From the NCBI GenBank assembly GCA_963792965.1, contig CAWBYW010000025.1:1-64000 (forward strand): a stretch of 64,000 bases of DNA, given 5' to 3'. How positions within the stretch are numbered: position 1 is the stretch's first letter; each line of letters starts with the position of its first letter. Shown here piece by piece: positions 1-11,026 of this stretch. The position numbers and the translations under genes are program-made. The DNA is from an uncultured delta proteobacterium (lineage in GTDB: Bacteria; Desulfobacterota; Zymogenia; Zymogenales; Zymogenaceae). The notes under the pieces are model-generated. The model was not told the DNA's origin. It did not search any database and saw only the letters and a list, made by a program, of their open reading frames with translations.

Positions 1-18
1 TAAGGTGTTAGAACTACT

Positions 19-162
19 ATTCCCCCGACAGTAAATGTCATCACCACGACGAACCAATACCTCGCCCCAGAATGGGTGGATATCGTTCTCCGTGATAACC
101 TCTTCTTCGCAGAAGTGCTGAAGAAGGTGGAGAAGTGGCGCGGTGCGCCAATGCTCTTCCCT
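19..162 (+). CDS. Probable phage major capsid protein, 5' exon (interrupted by intron; 3' part absent)
   Basis: Frame 1 reads IPPTVNVITTTNQYLAPEWVDIVLRDNLFFAEVLKKVEKWRGAPMLFP, which resembles N-termini of phage major capsid proteins from memory. The start codon is unclear (ATT at 19). Confidence 0.5.
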
Positions 163-662
163 AAACTACTAAGTTTCCTAGCCTTCAGCTAGACTTAATG
201 GGGAAGTCAAATCCAATCTAATCTACGGCGAAAACCCCAACCTTAATTGAGTGGGCAACGCCTTCCAAGCACATTGACAGATATAATAGGGAACAACTGG
301 GTGTATGACTAAAGAAGTCGCATCCGCCTACTTTGCTGGTTTCTTTGACGGAGAGGGCTACATTGGCCTCCTCAAGCGTCAACGAGGTAAGTACACTGAA
401 TACTTCGTCCAAATCTCTATCGGCCAGAATGATGGCGCGGTAATGGACTGGATTAAGGAGAACTTCGGTGGAAATGTCTACCTCGTTAAGAGAGACGGCT
501 CATTCTACTGGACCTCATCGAACAGAAAGGCTCTAGAGATTCTCAAGAGGATTCTTCCGTACATGAAGTACAAGAAGCCTCAAGCAGAACTGGCTATAGA
601 GTTCTTCGAGGGCAGAGAGGAACGAGCGCAGACGCTTTCTCCAGAAGAGAAGGCAAGGCGCG
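163..662 (+). ncRNA. Group I intron, 5' part (truncated at ~662)
   Basis: Exon end CTTCCCT (156-162) pairs with GGGGAAG (200-206), giving the canonical U.G pair at the 5' splice site. A P4/P5-like segment (GGCGAAAACCCC...GGGCAACGCC) follows, then an internal LAGLIDADG ORF. Confidence 0.7.
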
Positions 663-682
663 CAAGCGGGCCGGCCTGCTGA
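305..682 (+). CDS. LAGLIDADG homing endonuclease (single motif; C-terminus lost at junction)
   Basis: YFAGFFDGEGYI motif and LKRILPYMKYKKPQAELAIEF helix typical of the family. Confidence 0.85.
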   Translation: MTKEVASAYFAGFFDGEGYIGLLKRQRGKYTEYFVQISIGQNDGAVMDWIKENFGGNVYLVKRDGSFYWTSSNRKALEILKRILPYMKYKKPQAELAIEFFEGREERAQTLSPEEKARRASGPAC

Positions 683-1047
683 CGGTCGTGAAACGACATG
701 GACAGCCGCAATAGGTGCGCGTACACGGTCTGCCGCAGATCGTGGGCCACCCATTGGCCGATGTTGCTCGTGTAGTACGTGTTGAGATAGTTGCCGATCG
801 CCTGAAGCACCGCGATGTTGATAGTCGCGATGACGGCCGCAAAGAGAAAGGCCTGTTTCCCCGTGCCGGCAATGACCAGCCAGCTGAGCCAGCCGGGCAT
901 CGGCCGCTGACCCAGCACCGAGTCGAGCACGATCTTCAGCGGCCAGGGCGAGGCGAGGCTCATCGCCGTTTCGATCAGTATGGCGACGACCACGACGATC
1001 AGCCATTTCCAGTAGGGTCGAACAAACCGAAATGCGAACGCGTACAT
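663..1047 (-). pseudogene. ABC transporter ATP-binding/permease, N-terminal TM fragment only
   Basis: PWPLKIVLDSVLG and GQWVAHDLRQTVYAHLLRLSMSFHDRQQAG are ABC_membrane motifs. An RBS-like GGGAGA precedes the ATG. The ORF runs into unrelated DNA at ~662. Confidence 0.75.
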
Positions 1048-1117
1048 TGGACTTCTCCCAACGATACTCCACGCCCCGAACTATTCTTGTGTTTATTACA
1101 TTATCACACATGGTTCC

Positions 1118-1185
1118 ATAGGGCACCCACAAAGAAAGGATCCACGCCTTTGCGCAAGTCCCTGATCATGCTGGTAGCGGGGACA
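1118..1185 (-). repeat. Repeat A copy 1: tRNA-fMet 3' end plus degenerate terminator (att-like)
   Basis: ATAGGGCACCCACAAAGAAAGGATCCACGCCTTTGCGCAAGTCCCTGA...CTGGTAGCGGGGACA matches 17562-17630. Confidence 0.85.
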
Positions 1186-1364
1186 TGTTAAGATCTATAT
1201 GATCTTTACCTTGACAACCACTCAGAAGTATAATAATTAATAGGCAAATACTATAAGATTTCTGTTAAAAGAGCGCAAATCGATATGACTCAGGATGATT
1301 ATTCGGTCGATTGAGCTTTCATTCTATTTCATCGCGGCTGTGCGTATCCATTAGGGGCCACTGT

Positions 1365-1949
1365 ATGTCCGAAGAAAAAAAGGTAACAGACATTTCAATT
1401 CGCGCGGCGTATGATGCTCTATCGGAGATCGTCGGGAAAAACGGAAGAAATATGGTGCTCAAAAAAGCCGGCCTTGAAAGAATTATTGATGCCCCTCCGC
1501 CGTACGATTTCACGGTCTCCTTTACAATACCGGAACAGGCGCGTCTCTATCTTGCCGTCGTCGATTATTTCGGCACGTTGGGCGCCCAGGGGATTCTCCG
1601 ACAGATCGGGTACAAGGCCGCCGCGCTCGCCTCCGAGAAGGGAATTGCCGACCATCTCAGAGATGTACCGGAGCCGGAGCAATTATATAAACTCATAGAC
1701 CTTTTTCATTTACTTGTCGGCAAGGGGAAGGCCGAAGAGGTTGAAACGGGGATCTATGCTCTTAACGTCTTTGACTGCATCCACTGCAGCGGAGTGAAGA
1801 GCAGGAAGCAGTTCTGTAGCCATTATGCGGGCGCGCTGCAGGCATTAGTCGATGGCCTCAAGGGAAAGAAACTATATTCGGTGGTGGAAGAGGAGTGTTT
1901 CGCAACGGGAGGGAAAACCTGCCTCTTCGTAGTGCGCAAAGTATCGTAG
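1365..1949 (+). CDS. V4R (4-vinyl reductase) domain protein
   Basis: DCIHC...FCSHYAGALQ...VVEEECFATGGKTCLF is the V4R Cys pattern. Start placed at ATG 1365. Confidence 0.75.
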   Translation: MSEEKKVTDISIRAAYDALSEIVGKNGRNMVLKKAGLERIIDAPPPYDFTVSFTIPEQARLYLAVVDYFGTLGAQGILRQIGYKAAALASEKGIADHLRDVPEPEQLYKLIDLFHLLVGKGKAEEVETGIYALNVFDCIHCSGVKSRKQFCSHYAGALQALVDGLKGKKLYSVVEEECFATGGKTCLFVVRKVS

Positions 1950-2084
1950 GATTTCGTTGGACGGTGCCCTCAACCGGCCCTGTCCGTGCTTTTCGTGTCA
2001 CCTGCCGCATCTTCATGCCACTTTCTTGTCACGTTACGACACCTGAAAGCCTTTGCAGGATCCACTACATGATTTGGCTGAAAA

Positions 2085-3026
2085 CTAGACCATTTCACCA
2101 GCAGCAATTTGATGCAAGCTCTTGATGTCGCGCAACGGTGGCGCGCCAAACAGGCGGTTGTACTCGCGGCTGAATTGGGATGGGCTTTCATAGCCGACCC
2201 GAAACGCCGCGGTTGTCGCGTCCAGACGCTCGGTGAGCATCAACCGTCGCGCCTCGTTCAAGCGCAGCCATTTTTGGTACTGCAATGGACTCATGGCCGT
2301 CAACACGCGGAAATGGTGGTGGAAAGTCGATGTGCTCATATTGACTTGACTGGCGAGGTCGTCGATACGCAACGGCCGCGTGAAGTTACCCTTCAGCCAA
2401 TCGATTGCCCGGGCAATCTGTTGACTCTGGCTTCCCGCCGAAGCCATCTTGCGCAGACGCGCACCTTGATCGCCCACAAGCAAACGGTAGAAAATTTCCC
2501 GCTGGATGATCGGCGCAAGGATCGGAATATCCTTCGGTTCAGCAAGCAAGTCGATCAGCCGTTGAAAGGCGGTGAGCAGCGGCAACGTGACCTCGCCGGT
2601 CGCCATTCCACGGTCTGATTGCTGCGCACTCGGCGGGGGAAGATTGCTGTCCGTCATCAGCTGTGAAATCTCACGCCGATCAAGTTTCAGCATGAGCCCC
2701 AGGCAGGGCTTTCCCCGGCTCGCTTTGATAATCTGAACGACCGTGGGTAGATCCACGGACGTTATCAGATAATGGTGTGCGTCATACACATACGTGTCGT
2801 CTCCGAGCAACACTCGTTTGGCCCCTTGTGCCATCAGGCAAACACTCGCTTCGTGTATGGCGGTCTTCGGCTGGGTCGGTTCGTCCCACCGATAGAGTGA
2901 CAGGCCCGGGATCGCGGTCATGAGCTTATCGGCTTTATCGGTCCATCGGGCAATGCTCTTTCCCAAAGCTTCGAGTGCAACTTCCATGCTGTTATCCTCA
3001 AACCCCTGATTGACACCCTTACGCAC
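2085..3026 (-). CDS. AraC family transcriptional regulator (AraC_N + HTH)
   Basis: MSTSTFHHHFRVLTAMSPLQYQKWLRLNEARRLM and VGYESPSQFSREY motifs. Divergent from the oxidoreductase cluster. Confidence 0.95.
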   Translation of the reverse strand: MRKGVNQGFEDNSMEVALEALGKSIARWTDKADKLMTAIPGLSLYRWDEPTQPKTAIHEASVCLMAQGAKRVLLGDDTYVYDAHHYLITSVDLPTVVQIIKASRGKPCLGLMLKLDRREISQLMTDSNLPPPSAQQSDRGMATGEVTLPLLTAFQRLIDLLAEPKDIPILAPIIQREIFYRLLVGDQGARLRKMASAGSQSQQIARAIDWLKGNFTRPLRIDDLASQVNMSTSTFHHHFRVLTAMSPLQYQKWLRLNEARRLMLTERLDATTAAFRVGYESPSQFSREYNRLFGAPPLRDIKSLHQIAAGEMV

Positions 3027-3221
3027 TAATATCTTCTATCTAATAATACCAGACCCCACTTCGCAACGCAACTCATTTATAGAAGAGCTCGGACGATTAG
3101 GCAAGAAATTAGCAGGATCCGTCTACCTGCCGTTGCGTTTCGGGAGTATAATGTAATCATCAAGAAGGAAGTAAATAGATGCGAGTAAGATCGACGAAGC
3201 AATTCGGTCCTAAACGGGTGA

Positions 3222-4232
<1,011 letters not shown>

Positions 4233-4259
4233 GCGGATGTCATAGCATAGGGAGTTAAG

Positions 4260-4334
4260 ATGATGAGCAAAAACATCGAGGGGAAAGTCGTCGTCATCTC
4301 AGGTGCGAGCAGCGAGCTGGGAGACAGCAAATGA
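4260..4334 (+). pseudogene. SDR N-terminal remnant
   Basis: MMSKNIEGKVVVISGASSELGDSK* resembles the start of the SDR at 6041 ([21 protein letters not shown]). Confidence 0.7.
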
Positions 4335-4349
4335 TTTGCGTAAGGATTC

Positions 4350-4697
4350 TTGCGCGAAAATACTACGTTTCACGATTCCGACTTCCGCAACACGCTCCCT
4401 CGCTTTACGCCTGAGGCTCGAAAAGCGAATCAGGCCTTGGTTGATTTGCTGGGGAAGATCGGAAAGCGGAAGAAAGCGACCCACGCCCAGATTGCGCTCG
4501 CCTGGCTGCTTGCCCAGAAGCCATGGATTGTGCCGATTCCGGGCACCCGGAAACTCGAGCGCCTGGACGAGAACATAGGAGCGGTTACAGTTGAGCTTAC
4601 GTCCGACGATCTGCGTGAGATCGATAGCGCCGCCGCAAAGATTACGATCCAGGGAGCCCGGTATCCCGAAGCCCTAGAAAAAAGAACCGGTCTCTAA
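4350..4697 (+). pseudogene. Aldo/keto reductase C-terminal remnant (paralogue of 3234-4232)
   Basis: SDFRNTLPRFTPEARKANQA...[27 protein letters not shown] is nearly identical to the C-terminus of the upstream AKR. No N-terminal domain. Confidence 0.85.
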
Positions 4698-4792
4698 TCG
4701 GGATTGCGGAGTTAAAACAATATCAACACATGGATATTGCCGGTCTCGGCGATACAAACTATGTTAAAAAATAATTTGCCGAGGAGGTTGTT

Positions 4793-5617
4793 ATGAAAAG
4801 TGTCACGGTTTTAATAGGATCTGGGTCGATAGGTGTCGCAATCGCACGCAGAGTGAGCGCTGGAAAACACATTCTGCTTGCTGATTTAAAAAAAGAGAAT
4901 GCGGACGCCGCAGCCGCAGTTTTAAGTAACGCAGGATTTGAAGTCAGCACTGCGACCGTCGATGTATCCTCGCGCGAAGCAGTTAAGAGCCTTGCTCAGA
5001 AGGCTGCAACACTCGGAGATGTGACGGGAGTCATCCACGCAGCCGGAGTTTCACCCTCGCAAGCTTCGCCGAAGGCTATTTTGTCGGTTGATGTGTATGG
5101 CACGGCGCTCGTGCTTGAGGAATTTGGAAATATCATAGCGCGCGGAGGTTCCGGTGTGGTCATCGCCTCGCAATCTGGTCATCGCCTAGGCGCTCTTACG
5201 AATGAACAAAATAAACTTCTCGCCACCACCCCAGCCGATCAGCTTTTATCGCTTCCGATGCTTCAGCTTGATCAAGTGAAGGATTCCTTGCACGCTTATC
5301 AACTTTCAAAACGCGGGAACGCTTTACGGGTGATGGCGGAAGCTGTCAGATGGGGTAAGCGCGGCGCGCGAATCAATGCGATTAGTCCGGGGATTATTAT
5401 CACACCACTCGCGAAAGATGAGCTAACCGGTCCTCGCGGAGAAGGTTACCGTCGCATGATTGAGCTTTGCCCCGTGGGGAGAGCGGGCACGCCTGACGAG
5501 GTTGCCAATGTCGCAGCCCTTCTCATGGGTCCAGAAGGTACGTTTATCACGGGAAGCGATTTTCTGATGGATGGCGGAGTTACGTCTTCGTATTTCTTTG
5601 GTGAGCTTGCTCCGTGA
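4793..5617 (+). CDS. SDR family oxidoreductase
   Basis: Rossmann start, HAAGVSP, YQLSK catalytic motif and GSDFLMDGG. Confidence 0.9.
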   Translation: MKSVTVLIGSGSIGVAIARRVSAGKHILLADLKKENADAAAAVLSNAGFEVSTATVDVSSREAVKSLAQKAATLGDVTGVIHAAGVSPSQASPKAILSVDVYGTALVLEEFGNIIARGGSGVVIASQSGHRLGALTNEQNKLLATTPADQLLSLPMLQLDQVKDSLHAYQLSKRGNALRVMAEAVRWGKRGARINAISPGIIITPLAKDELTGPRGEGYRRMIELCPVGRAGTPDEVANVAALLMGPEGTFITGSDFLMDGGVTSSYFFGELAP

Positions 5618-5698
5618 GGAGCAGCCGAAAAGCTCGAGAAAATAACCGGCCGTTGAGGGTGGAATCATTGTGTTTAACGACTAAAAAAGGAGATACAC

Positions 5699-6022
5699 AT
5701 GGCAAATAGGAGCGAACAAAATGCGATAGATGACTTAAAGGCTTTGGCACCGGAATTTGCGAAACTTACACAAGATTTTCTTTTCGGTGATATTTGGAAA
5801 CGTCCCGGACTCTCGCAGCGCGATAAGAGCTTAATTACCGTCACCTGCTTGGTTGCGCTGAATCGTATCGAGCAGGTCGATTTTCATCTTAAGAAGGCTT
5901 TTGAAAACGGCCTCACGAAGGAAGAACTTGTGGTTGCCATCACGCATATTGCATTTTACGCCGGCTGGCCCACTGCGGCCTCGGGCCTTAGTCACTTGAA
6001 AAAAGTAATTGATCAGCAGTAA
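5699..6022 (+). CDS. Carboxymuconolactone decarboxylase family protein
   Basis: LFGDIWKRPGLSQRDKSLITV and HIAFYAGWP motifs. Confidence 0.9.
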   Translation: MANRSEQNAIDDLKALAPEFAKLTQDFLFGDIWKRPGLSQRDKSLITVTCLVALNRIEQVDFHLKKAFENGLTKEELVVAITHIAFYAGWPTAASGLSHLKKVIDQQ

Positions 6023-6040
6023 ATTGATGGAGCAGGAATT

Positions 6041-6784
6041 ATGAGCAATAACATCAAAGGAAAAGTCGTTGTGATTACGGGCGCGAGCAGTGGATTGGGC
6101 GAGGCGACTGCCCGACTTCTCTCCGCGCAAGGCGCAAGGCTGGTGCTGGGTGCGCGGCGCATTGATCGCCTCCGGTCATTGGCAGACGAGTTGACCGGCA
6201 GCGGCGGCAAGGCACTTGCGGTAACTACAGACGTCACCCACTATGACCAAGTGAAGAAATTGGTCGATGCAGCCGTGCAGACGCACGGGCGCATCGATGT
6301 CATGATCAACAATGCCGGGCTTATGCCATCCTCGCCACTCGAGCGCCTCAAGATAGAAGACTGGGACCGGATGATAGACGTGAACATCAAGGGTGTGCTG
6401 TACGGCATTGCCGCGGCGCTTCCGTACATGAAGCAGCAGAAAGCCGGGCATATTATCAACGTCTCCTCTGTGGCCGGCCACAAGGTCCGCGCCGGTGCCG
6501 CGGTCTATGCGGCGACCAAACATGCCGTGAGGGCCCTATCCGAAGGGCTGCGCCTGGAAGTGAAGCCCTACAACATTCGCACGACGGTGATTTCGCCTGG
6601 CGCGATAGCCACGGAACTAGTTGACAGCGTGACCGAGCCGGATATCGCCGAGAACGTGCGCAAAATATACGAGATTGCGATTCCCGCCGAATCATTCGCG
6701 CGGGCAGTCGCCTTCGCCATGAGCCAGCCGGAAGATGTGGATGTGAACGAGATACTATTCCGGCCCACGCGCCAGGAACTGTAA
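6041..6784 (+). CDS. SDR family NAD(P)-dependent oxidoreductase
   Basis: [12 protein letters not shown] and YAATK motifs. Confidence 0.95.
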   Translation: MSNNIKGKVVVITGASSGLGEATARLLSAQGARLVLGARRIDRLRSLADELTGSGGKALAVTTDVTHYDQVKKLVDAAVQTHGRIDVMINNAGLMPSSPLERLKIEDWDRMIDVNIKGVLYGIAAALPYMKQQKAGHIINVSSVAGHKVRAGAAVYAATKHAVRALSEGLRLEVKPYNIRTTVISPGAIATELVDSVTEPDIAENVRKIYEIAIPAESFARAVAFAMSQPEDVDVNEILFRPTRQEL

Positions 6785-6801
6785 GGTAAGGGAGGAGCAG
6801 C

Positions 6802-7293
6802 ATGCAAGTCGGTATAACCAATAGGATTCTGGTAGCTTATTTTTCCCATAGCGGCAACACTCGCGAAATTGCTGATCAGATTCATAACGGCGTGGGCGGC
6901 GATATTTTCGAGATTCAGGCCGTAAAGCCGTACCCTCATGATTACGATGCGGTCGTAAAACAAGCAAAGCAAGAACTGAATTCCGGCTACAAACCGGCAT
7001 TGAAGACAAAGATTGAGAAAATCGAGTCGTATGATATTATTTTCATCGGCTACCCTTGTTGGTGGGGCACGATTCCCGCCCCGATCGTAACCTTTCTGTC
7101 CGAATACGAATTTTCGGGAAAGACCATTGCGCCGTTTTGCACGCACGCCGGAAGCGGTCTGGGACGAAGCAGTGCGGATATCTCAAAACTCTGCCCAAAA
7201 TCGACCCTGCTGGACGGCATTGCCATTTGGGGAAGGGATGTAAAGACCGCGCAAGGCAGAGTATCCGAGTGGTTGCGAAAAATTAAAATGTGA
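6802..7293 (+). CDS. Flavodoxin
   Basis: YFSHSGNT, GYPCWWG and PFCTHAGSG motifs. Confidence 0.9.
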   Translation: MQVGITNRILVAYFSHSGNTREIADQIHNGVGGDIFEIQAVKPYPHDYDAVVKQAKQELNSGYKPALKTKIEKIESYDIIFIGYPCWWGTIPAPIVTFLSEYEFSGKTIAPFCTHAGSGLGRSSADISKLCPKSTLLDGIAIWGRDVKTAQGRVSEWLRKIKM

Positions 7294-7341
7294 AGAAAGG
7301 GAGCAGTTATCAGGAGTAAAGAACCTATAACTACCGAGAAG

Positions 7342-7410
7342 ATGGTCAGCGACGCCGTGCCCAAGCCGGTTGAACTGACCGATCGCGTGCTTTTTGGCGA
7401 TGTCTGGGAA
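7342..7410 (+). pseudogene. Carboxymuconolactone decarboxylase remnant
   Basis: PKPVELTDRVLFGDVWE resembles PEFAKLTQDFLFGDIWK of 5699-6022, then continues into an unrelated hydrophobic stretch. Confidence 0.5.
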
Positions 7411-7677
7411 CATCTGATCGGCGTGGTTGCACTGCTGTTTGTCGGCCTCGCCACGCTTGCCGTACCGTCCTATGTTGCGCTAATTCTTGTCGGCGCGAGC
7501 CTCACAATCCTCGCGCTACTTAATCTATAGTAAAGCCGGGCGATTTTACATTAGGCAGATAACGATATCTAGTTCAACAAGTCGATGCGGCAGCATGACG
7601 GAAAGAAGTCAAGGCCGCCATTCTGCTGATCTAGTCGTTGGGCCGGTAAAACCATACACGAATCAGGAGTCACTCCT

Positions 7678-8518
7678 ATGATGAACAAAGTCGCTATCGT
7701 ATCTGGATCAAATCAGGGCCTTGGCTTTGCCCTCGTGGAAGCTCTTTGCACGAACTTTGGATCGAGACGCTTCCGTTTACCTTACAGCACGCAATGTTGC
7801 CCGTGGAAAGGACGCGATCCGTCAGCTGCGTGATCGAGGTCTTTCGCCGATCTTCCATCTACTCGACGTTACCGACGACGCGAGTGTTGCCGCGTTGGCC
7901 GAAACGATCCGAACACGTCACGGGGGAGTAGACATCGTCATCTCCAATGCGGCGGCTCGGATCTCACCCGACCTTTCACAGGCCGAACAGGTTGCGCAGT
8001 TTATCAACACGAACAACCACGGCACCTTCCGGATGATCCGAGAGTTTGGGCCGATGCTAAGAGACGATGCCCGCTTCCTTGTCGTGGCGAGTGCATTCGG
8101 CTCGTTGCGAAATCTGTCGGCCAGCCTCCATGGAAAGTTCGATATCAAGACACGATCGCTGGAAGACATCGAGCAGCTAATGGACGAATACGTTCATCTC
8201 GTACAGACAGATCAGGCAAGGGACCATCAATGGCCGGATTGGATCAATGTCCCCTCTAAGGTTGCGCAAGTCGCTTCGACTAAAATTATGGCACGTCTGA
8301 TGAGGGAGGAGGCATCAAGAAGAGGGATACTGATCAATGCCGTCTGCCCGGGAATGGTAGATACAGAAGCGTCGCGACCGTGGTTTGATGACATGTCGTC
8401 GGCACAGAGTCCCGCTCAAGCAGCGGTTGACGTGGTCTGGCTCGCCATGCTGCCGTCTCGGACGGAAACCCCATATGGAGAGCTTGTCCAGCATCGAGAA
8501 GTTCTCCCTTGGGTTTAA
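7678..8518 (+). CDS. Carbonyl reductase-like SDR (frameshift near 7750)
   Basis: ATG 7678 frame gives MMNKVAIVSGSNQGLGFALV; a second frame continues VYLTARNVARG...INAVCPGMVDT. Confidence 0.85.
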
Positions 8519-8592
8519 GAGCGGACGCAAGGTTGCTTGCCGGGTAGCGGGATCTGCCATTGACAAAGGACAGAGTTAGCAGCGAAACCAGG

Positions 8593-9474
8593 TTAGTCAA
8601 ATCTCCTGAAGATAAATAACGATAATAATTCTCTGAATTCATTTTCTAGTGTAAAAGATGGGTTTACGTCTTCCGCTCTTATTTCCTTTTCTTTGCTAAC
8701 TATTTCTGCCGGCCAGTGCGTAACCGCTCTTAAAAGGTCATATCCTACTCTGTTATGAGAGTCACCATATTTTGCATACACATCTACCACGCCCGCCGTT
8801 TGTGCCATAAAGACATCTTTTACTAAGTTGTCCCCAACGTATACTATTTGATCACGGCGCACATTCAGATTGTCTGCTATATCCAGAAGTACGCTCGAAT
8901 CGGGTTTAAACACTTCTTCAGGTGTATATTTTTGTCTTGTTTTCTTAAGCTGGTAATGCGAGCGGGGATATTTTCTTAGTTGACTAATATTATCCGGTAA
9001 ATCATGATCTTTAGGCGAATAGACTATATCAATTATTCCATCCAACCCCAGATTCCTGATTCTGTAATTTGTATAGAACTCTCTGGATTCAGTATACGCA
9101 ACGATTAAGCTGCCATTCTCTTTGATCGCTTTTAATGTATCCAAAACGGTTGGATACAGCGCCAACGTTCTCTTTCTTTCTCTTCTGTATTCCTCGATCG
9201 CATCACTGTAGATCTCCCTTAGATCACTATACTTATGTTTCTCTTGAAGTGCAGGTAATTCTTCGATAACAAAAGAATACTCCGACGTTCCATATTTTTC
9301 ATGTATCGTTTTTATCTCGCTGACCAATTGTTCTTTCGGCAGGCCACTCATTTCGACTATCTTATCCAGCATTACCTTAAAAGAAGAATGCCAAAAAAGA
9401 AACCAGTCAAAGAGGGTGTTGTCAATATCGGTTATGAGCAGAGTTATATCTATTTTTGATCCGCCCTTTTTCAT
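8593..9474 (-). CDS. HAD family hydrolase (AT-rich, likely acquired)
   Basis: DIDNT motif I, KP motif III and VGDNLVKD motif IV. Confidence 0.85.
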   Translation of the reverse strand: MKKGGSKIDITLLITDIDNTLFDWFLFWHSSFKVMLDKIVEMSGLPKEQLVSEIKTIHEKYGTSEYSFVIEELPALQEKHKYSDLREIYSDAIEEYRRERKRTLALYPTVLDTLKAIKENGSLIVAYTESREFYTNYRIRNLGLDGIIDIVYSPKDHDLPDNISQLRKYPRSHYQLKKTRQKYTPEEVFKPDSSVLLDIADNLNVRRDQIVYVGDNLVKDVFMAQTAGVVDVYAKYGDSHNRVGYDLLRAVTHWPAEIVSKEKEIRAEDVNPSFTLENEFRELLSLFIFRRFD

Positions 9475-9535
9475 CTTACCTCCATAGACTATTTTTAAAT
9501 TCTATACTTTGTGTCTTTCGTTATCAAATAGAAAA

Positions 9536-9761
9536 GGGCGGCCGAGAGCCGCCCCCCATTTTATAGGTCACCCACAGAAAAAGGACTCACGCTTTCGCGT
9601 GAGTCCTTGGTTTTACTGGTAGCGGGACACACTTAGATCAAAAGGGATACCTTGACGAGATAACCCCGCGTCCGGTAAAATTTGAGACGACTATTAAATT
9701 ATGCTATATATGGTGCCGAGGTATAACTTTTAGCATGGACTCGTTCTCGCGGCGCAGGTTA
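9536..9761 (-). repeat. Repeat A copy 2 with extended conserved arm, ending in an IS-like end
   Basis: Order is GC hairpin, terminator AAGGACTCACGC-TTTC-GCGTGAGTCCTT, TGGTAGCGGG tRNA 3' end, a ~110 bp arm and TGGACTCG...GCAGGTTA. Collinear with 14799-15071. Confidence 0.9.
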
Positions 9762-9804
9762 ACGTCCAGTCCAAGCATCTTATAGTGTCAATCAGTTGGG
9801 CGGC

Positions 9805-10863
9805 TCACTTATCCTTATGCTTCATTGCAGAATGGATAAATCGTCCGAATGTCCTGTCCTTTTTCCGCTTGTCAAGGTATGACATCTCATTGAATTCCGA
9901 TTCTTTCTTGAGCTTTGAGTAATTCTGATAGTGATCTTCGTTCAACTCGCCTTTTTCTATTGCCATCCGAACTGAGCAGCCAGGTTCATTGGTGTGACTG
10001 CAATTGGCGAAGCGACAACTTAACGAGAGTTCTCGGATATCGGTGAAGCTCTCGTCTATCCCCTCGCTGGTGCTCAAGATTCCTAACTCGCGCATTCCTG
10101 GCGTATCGATCACGATCGCACCCTGTTGCAGAACAATGAGCTGGCGACGCGCGGTCGTGTGTCTACCCTCCCCTGTGCCGCTAACTGTTCTTGTTTCCAA
10201 CGCGGTTCGGCCGATGAGCTGGTTAATTAAGGTAGTCTTGCCAACCCCCGAGGACCCAAGTAAGCAGTATGTTTTCCCAGGAACCATGACTTCCCGTACT
10301 TGATCGATTCCGGCCCCGGTTACGTTGCTAAGAGAAATGATCCTGGCACTAATGCCTGCATGACGAATCTTCGTGAGCATCTGCTCCAACTCCGCGAGAC
10401 TGACCAAGTCCATTTTGGTCAGAAGCAGCAATGGCTCTATGTGACCTTCATTCACCATTACAAGGTATCGTTCGAGTCTGCGTACATTAAAATCGAAGTG
10501 GCATGATTGGACAATGAAGGCTACATCAATGTTTGCAGCGATCATCTGGAACTCTATGTTCTTTCCAGCAGACTTCCGCCGTAGAAACGATTTCCTTGGC
10601 AAGATGTCAAGGATGCTCGCGTAAGTGTCAGAGTCGCGGTATTGCACACAGACCCAGTCTCCGACGCACGGCAAATCCATGGTCGATTCGGCAGAGTGCA
10701 AAAATCTTCCCGTAAGCTCGGCGGGAACTTCCCTATGTTCATTCCTGACGATATACCGGCCCCGGTCAACCGCAGCCACCCGCGCAATACACTGTTCCGG
10801 TCCGCCCAGTTTACTATCCTGATCTTTAGACCGACGGTCCAAACTAAGTTCGCTTAATTCCAT
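9805..10863 (-). CDS. rsgA: Ribosome small subunit-dependent GTPase A family protein
   Basis: Circularly permuted GTPase: TKMD, GSSGVGKT, GRHTT, DTPGMRE and CRFANCSHTNEPGC zinc site. Confidence 0.9.
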   Translation of the reverse strand: MELSELSLDRRSKDQDSKLGGPEQCIARVAAVDRGRYIVRNEHREVPAELTGRFLHSAESTMDLPCVGDWVCVQYRDSDTYASILDILPRKSFLRRKSAGKNIEFQMIAANIDVAFIVQSCHFDFNVRRLERYLVMVNEGHIEPLLLLTKMDLVSLAELEQMLTKIRHAGISARIISLSNVTGAGIDQVREVMVPGKTYCLLGSSGVGKTTLINQLIGRTALETRTVSGTGEGRHTTARRQLIVLQQGAIVIDTPGMRELGILSTSEGIDESFTDIRELSLSCRFANCSHTNEPGCSVRMAIEKGELNEDHYQNYSKLKKESEFNEMSYLDKRKKDRTFGRFIHSAMKHKDK

Positions 10864-11026
10864 GGATGCAATCTTCCTATTTCATCTTGAATAAGCATGC
10901 GCTCTATCTTGCAGTCCTAAGGGCGTCCAAATTCGCTGACCCGATGCTCTCCAGGTTACGAGTGATTTTCCCTGCATCCCAATTCCACCATTTGATCTCC
11001 AACAGCGCCCTTACAGTTTCCGGTGC

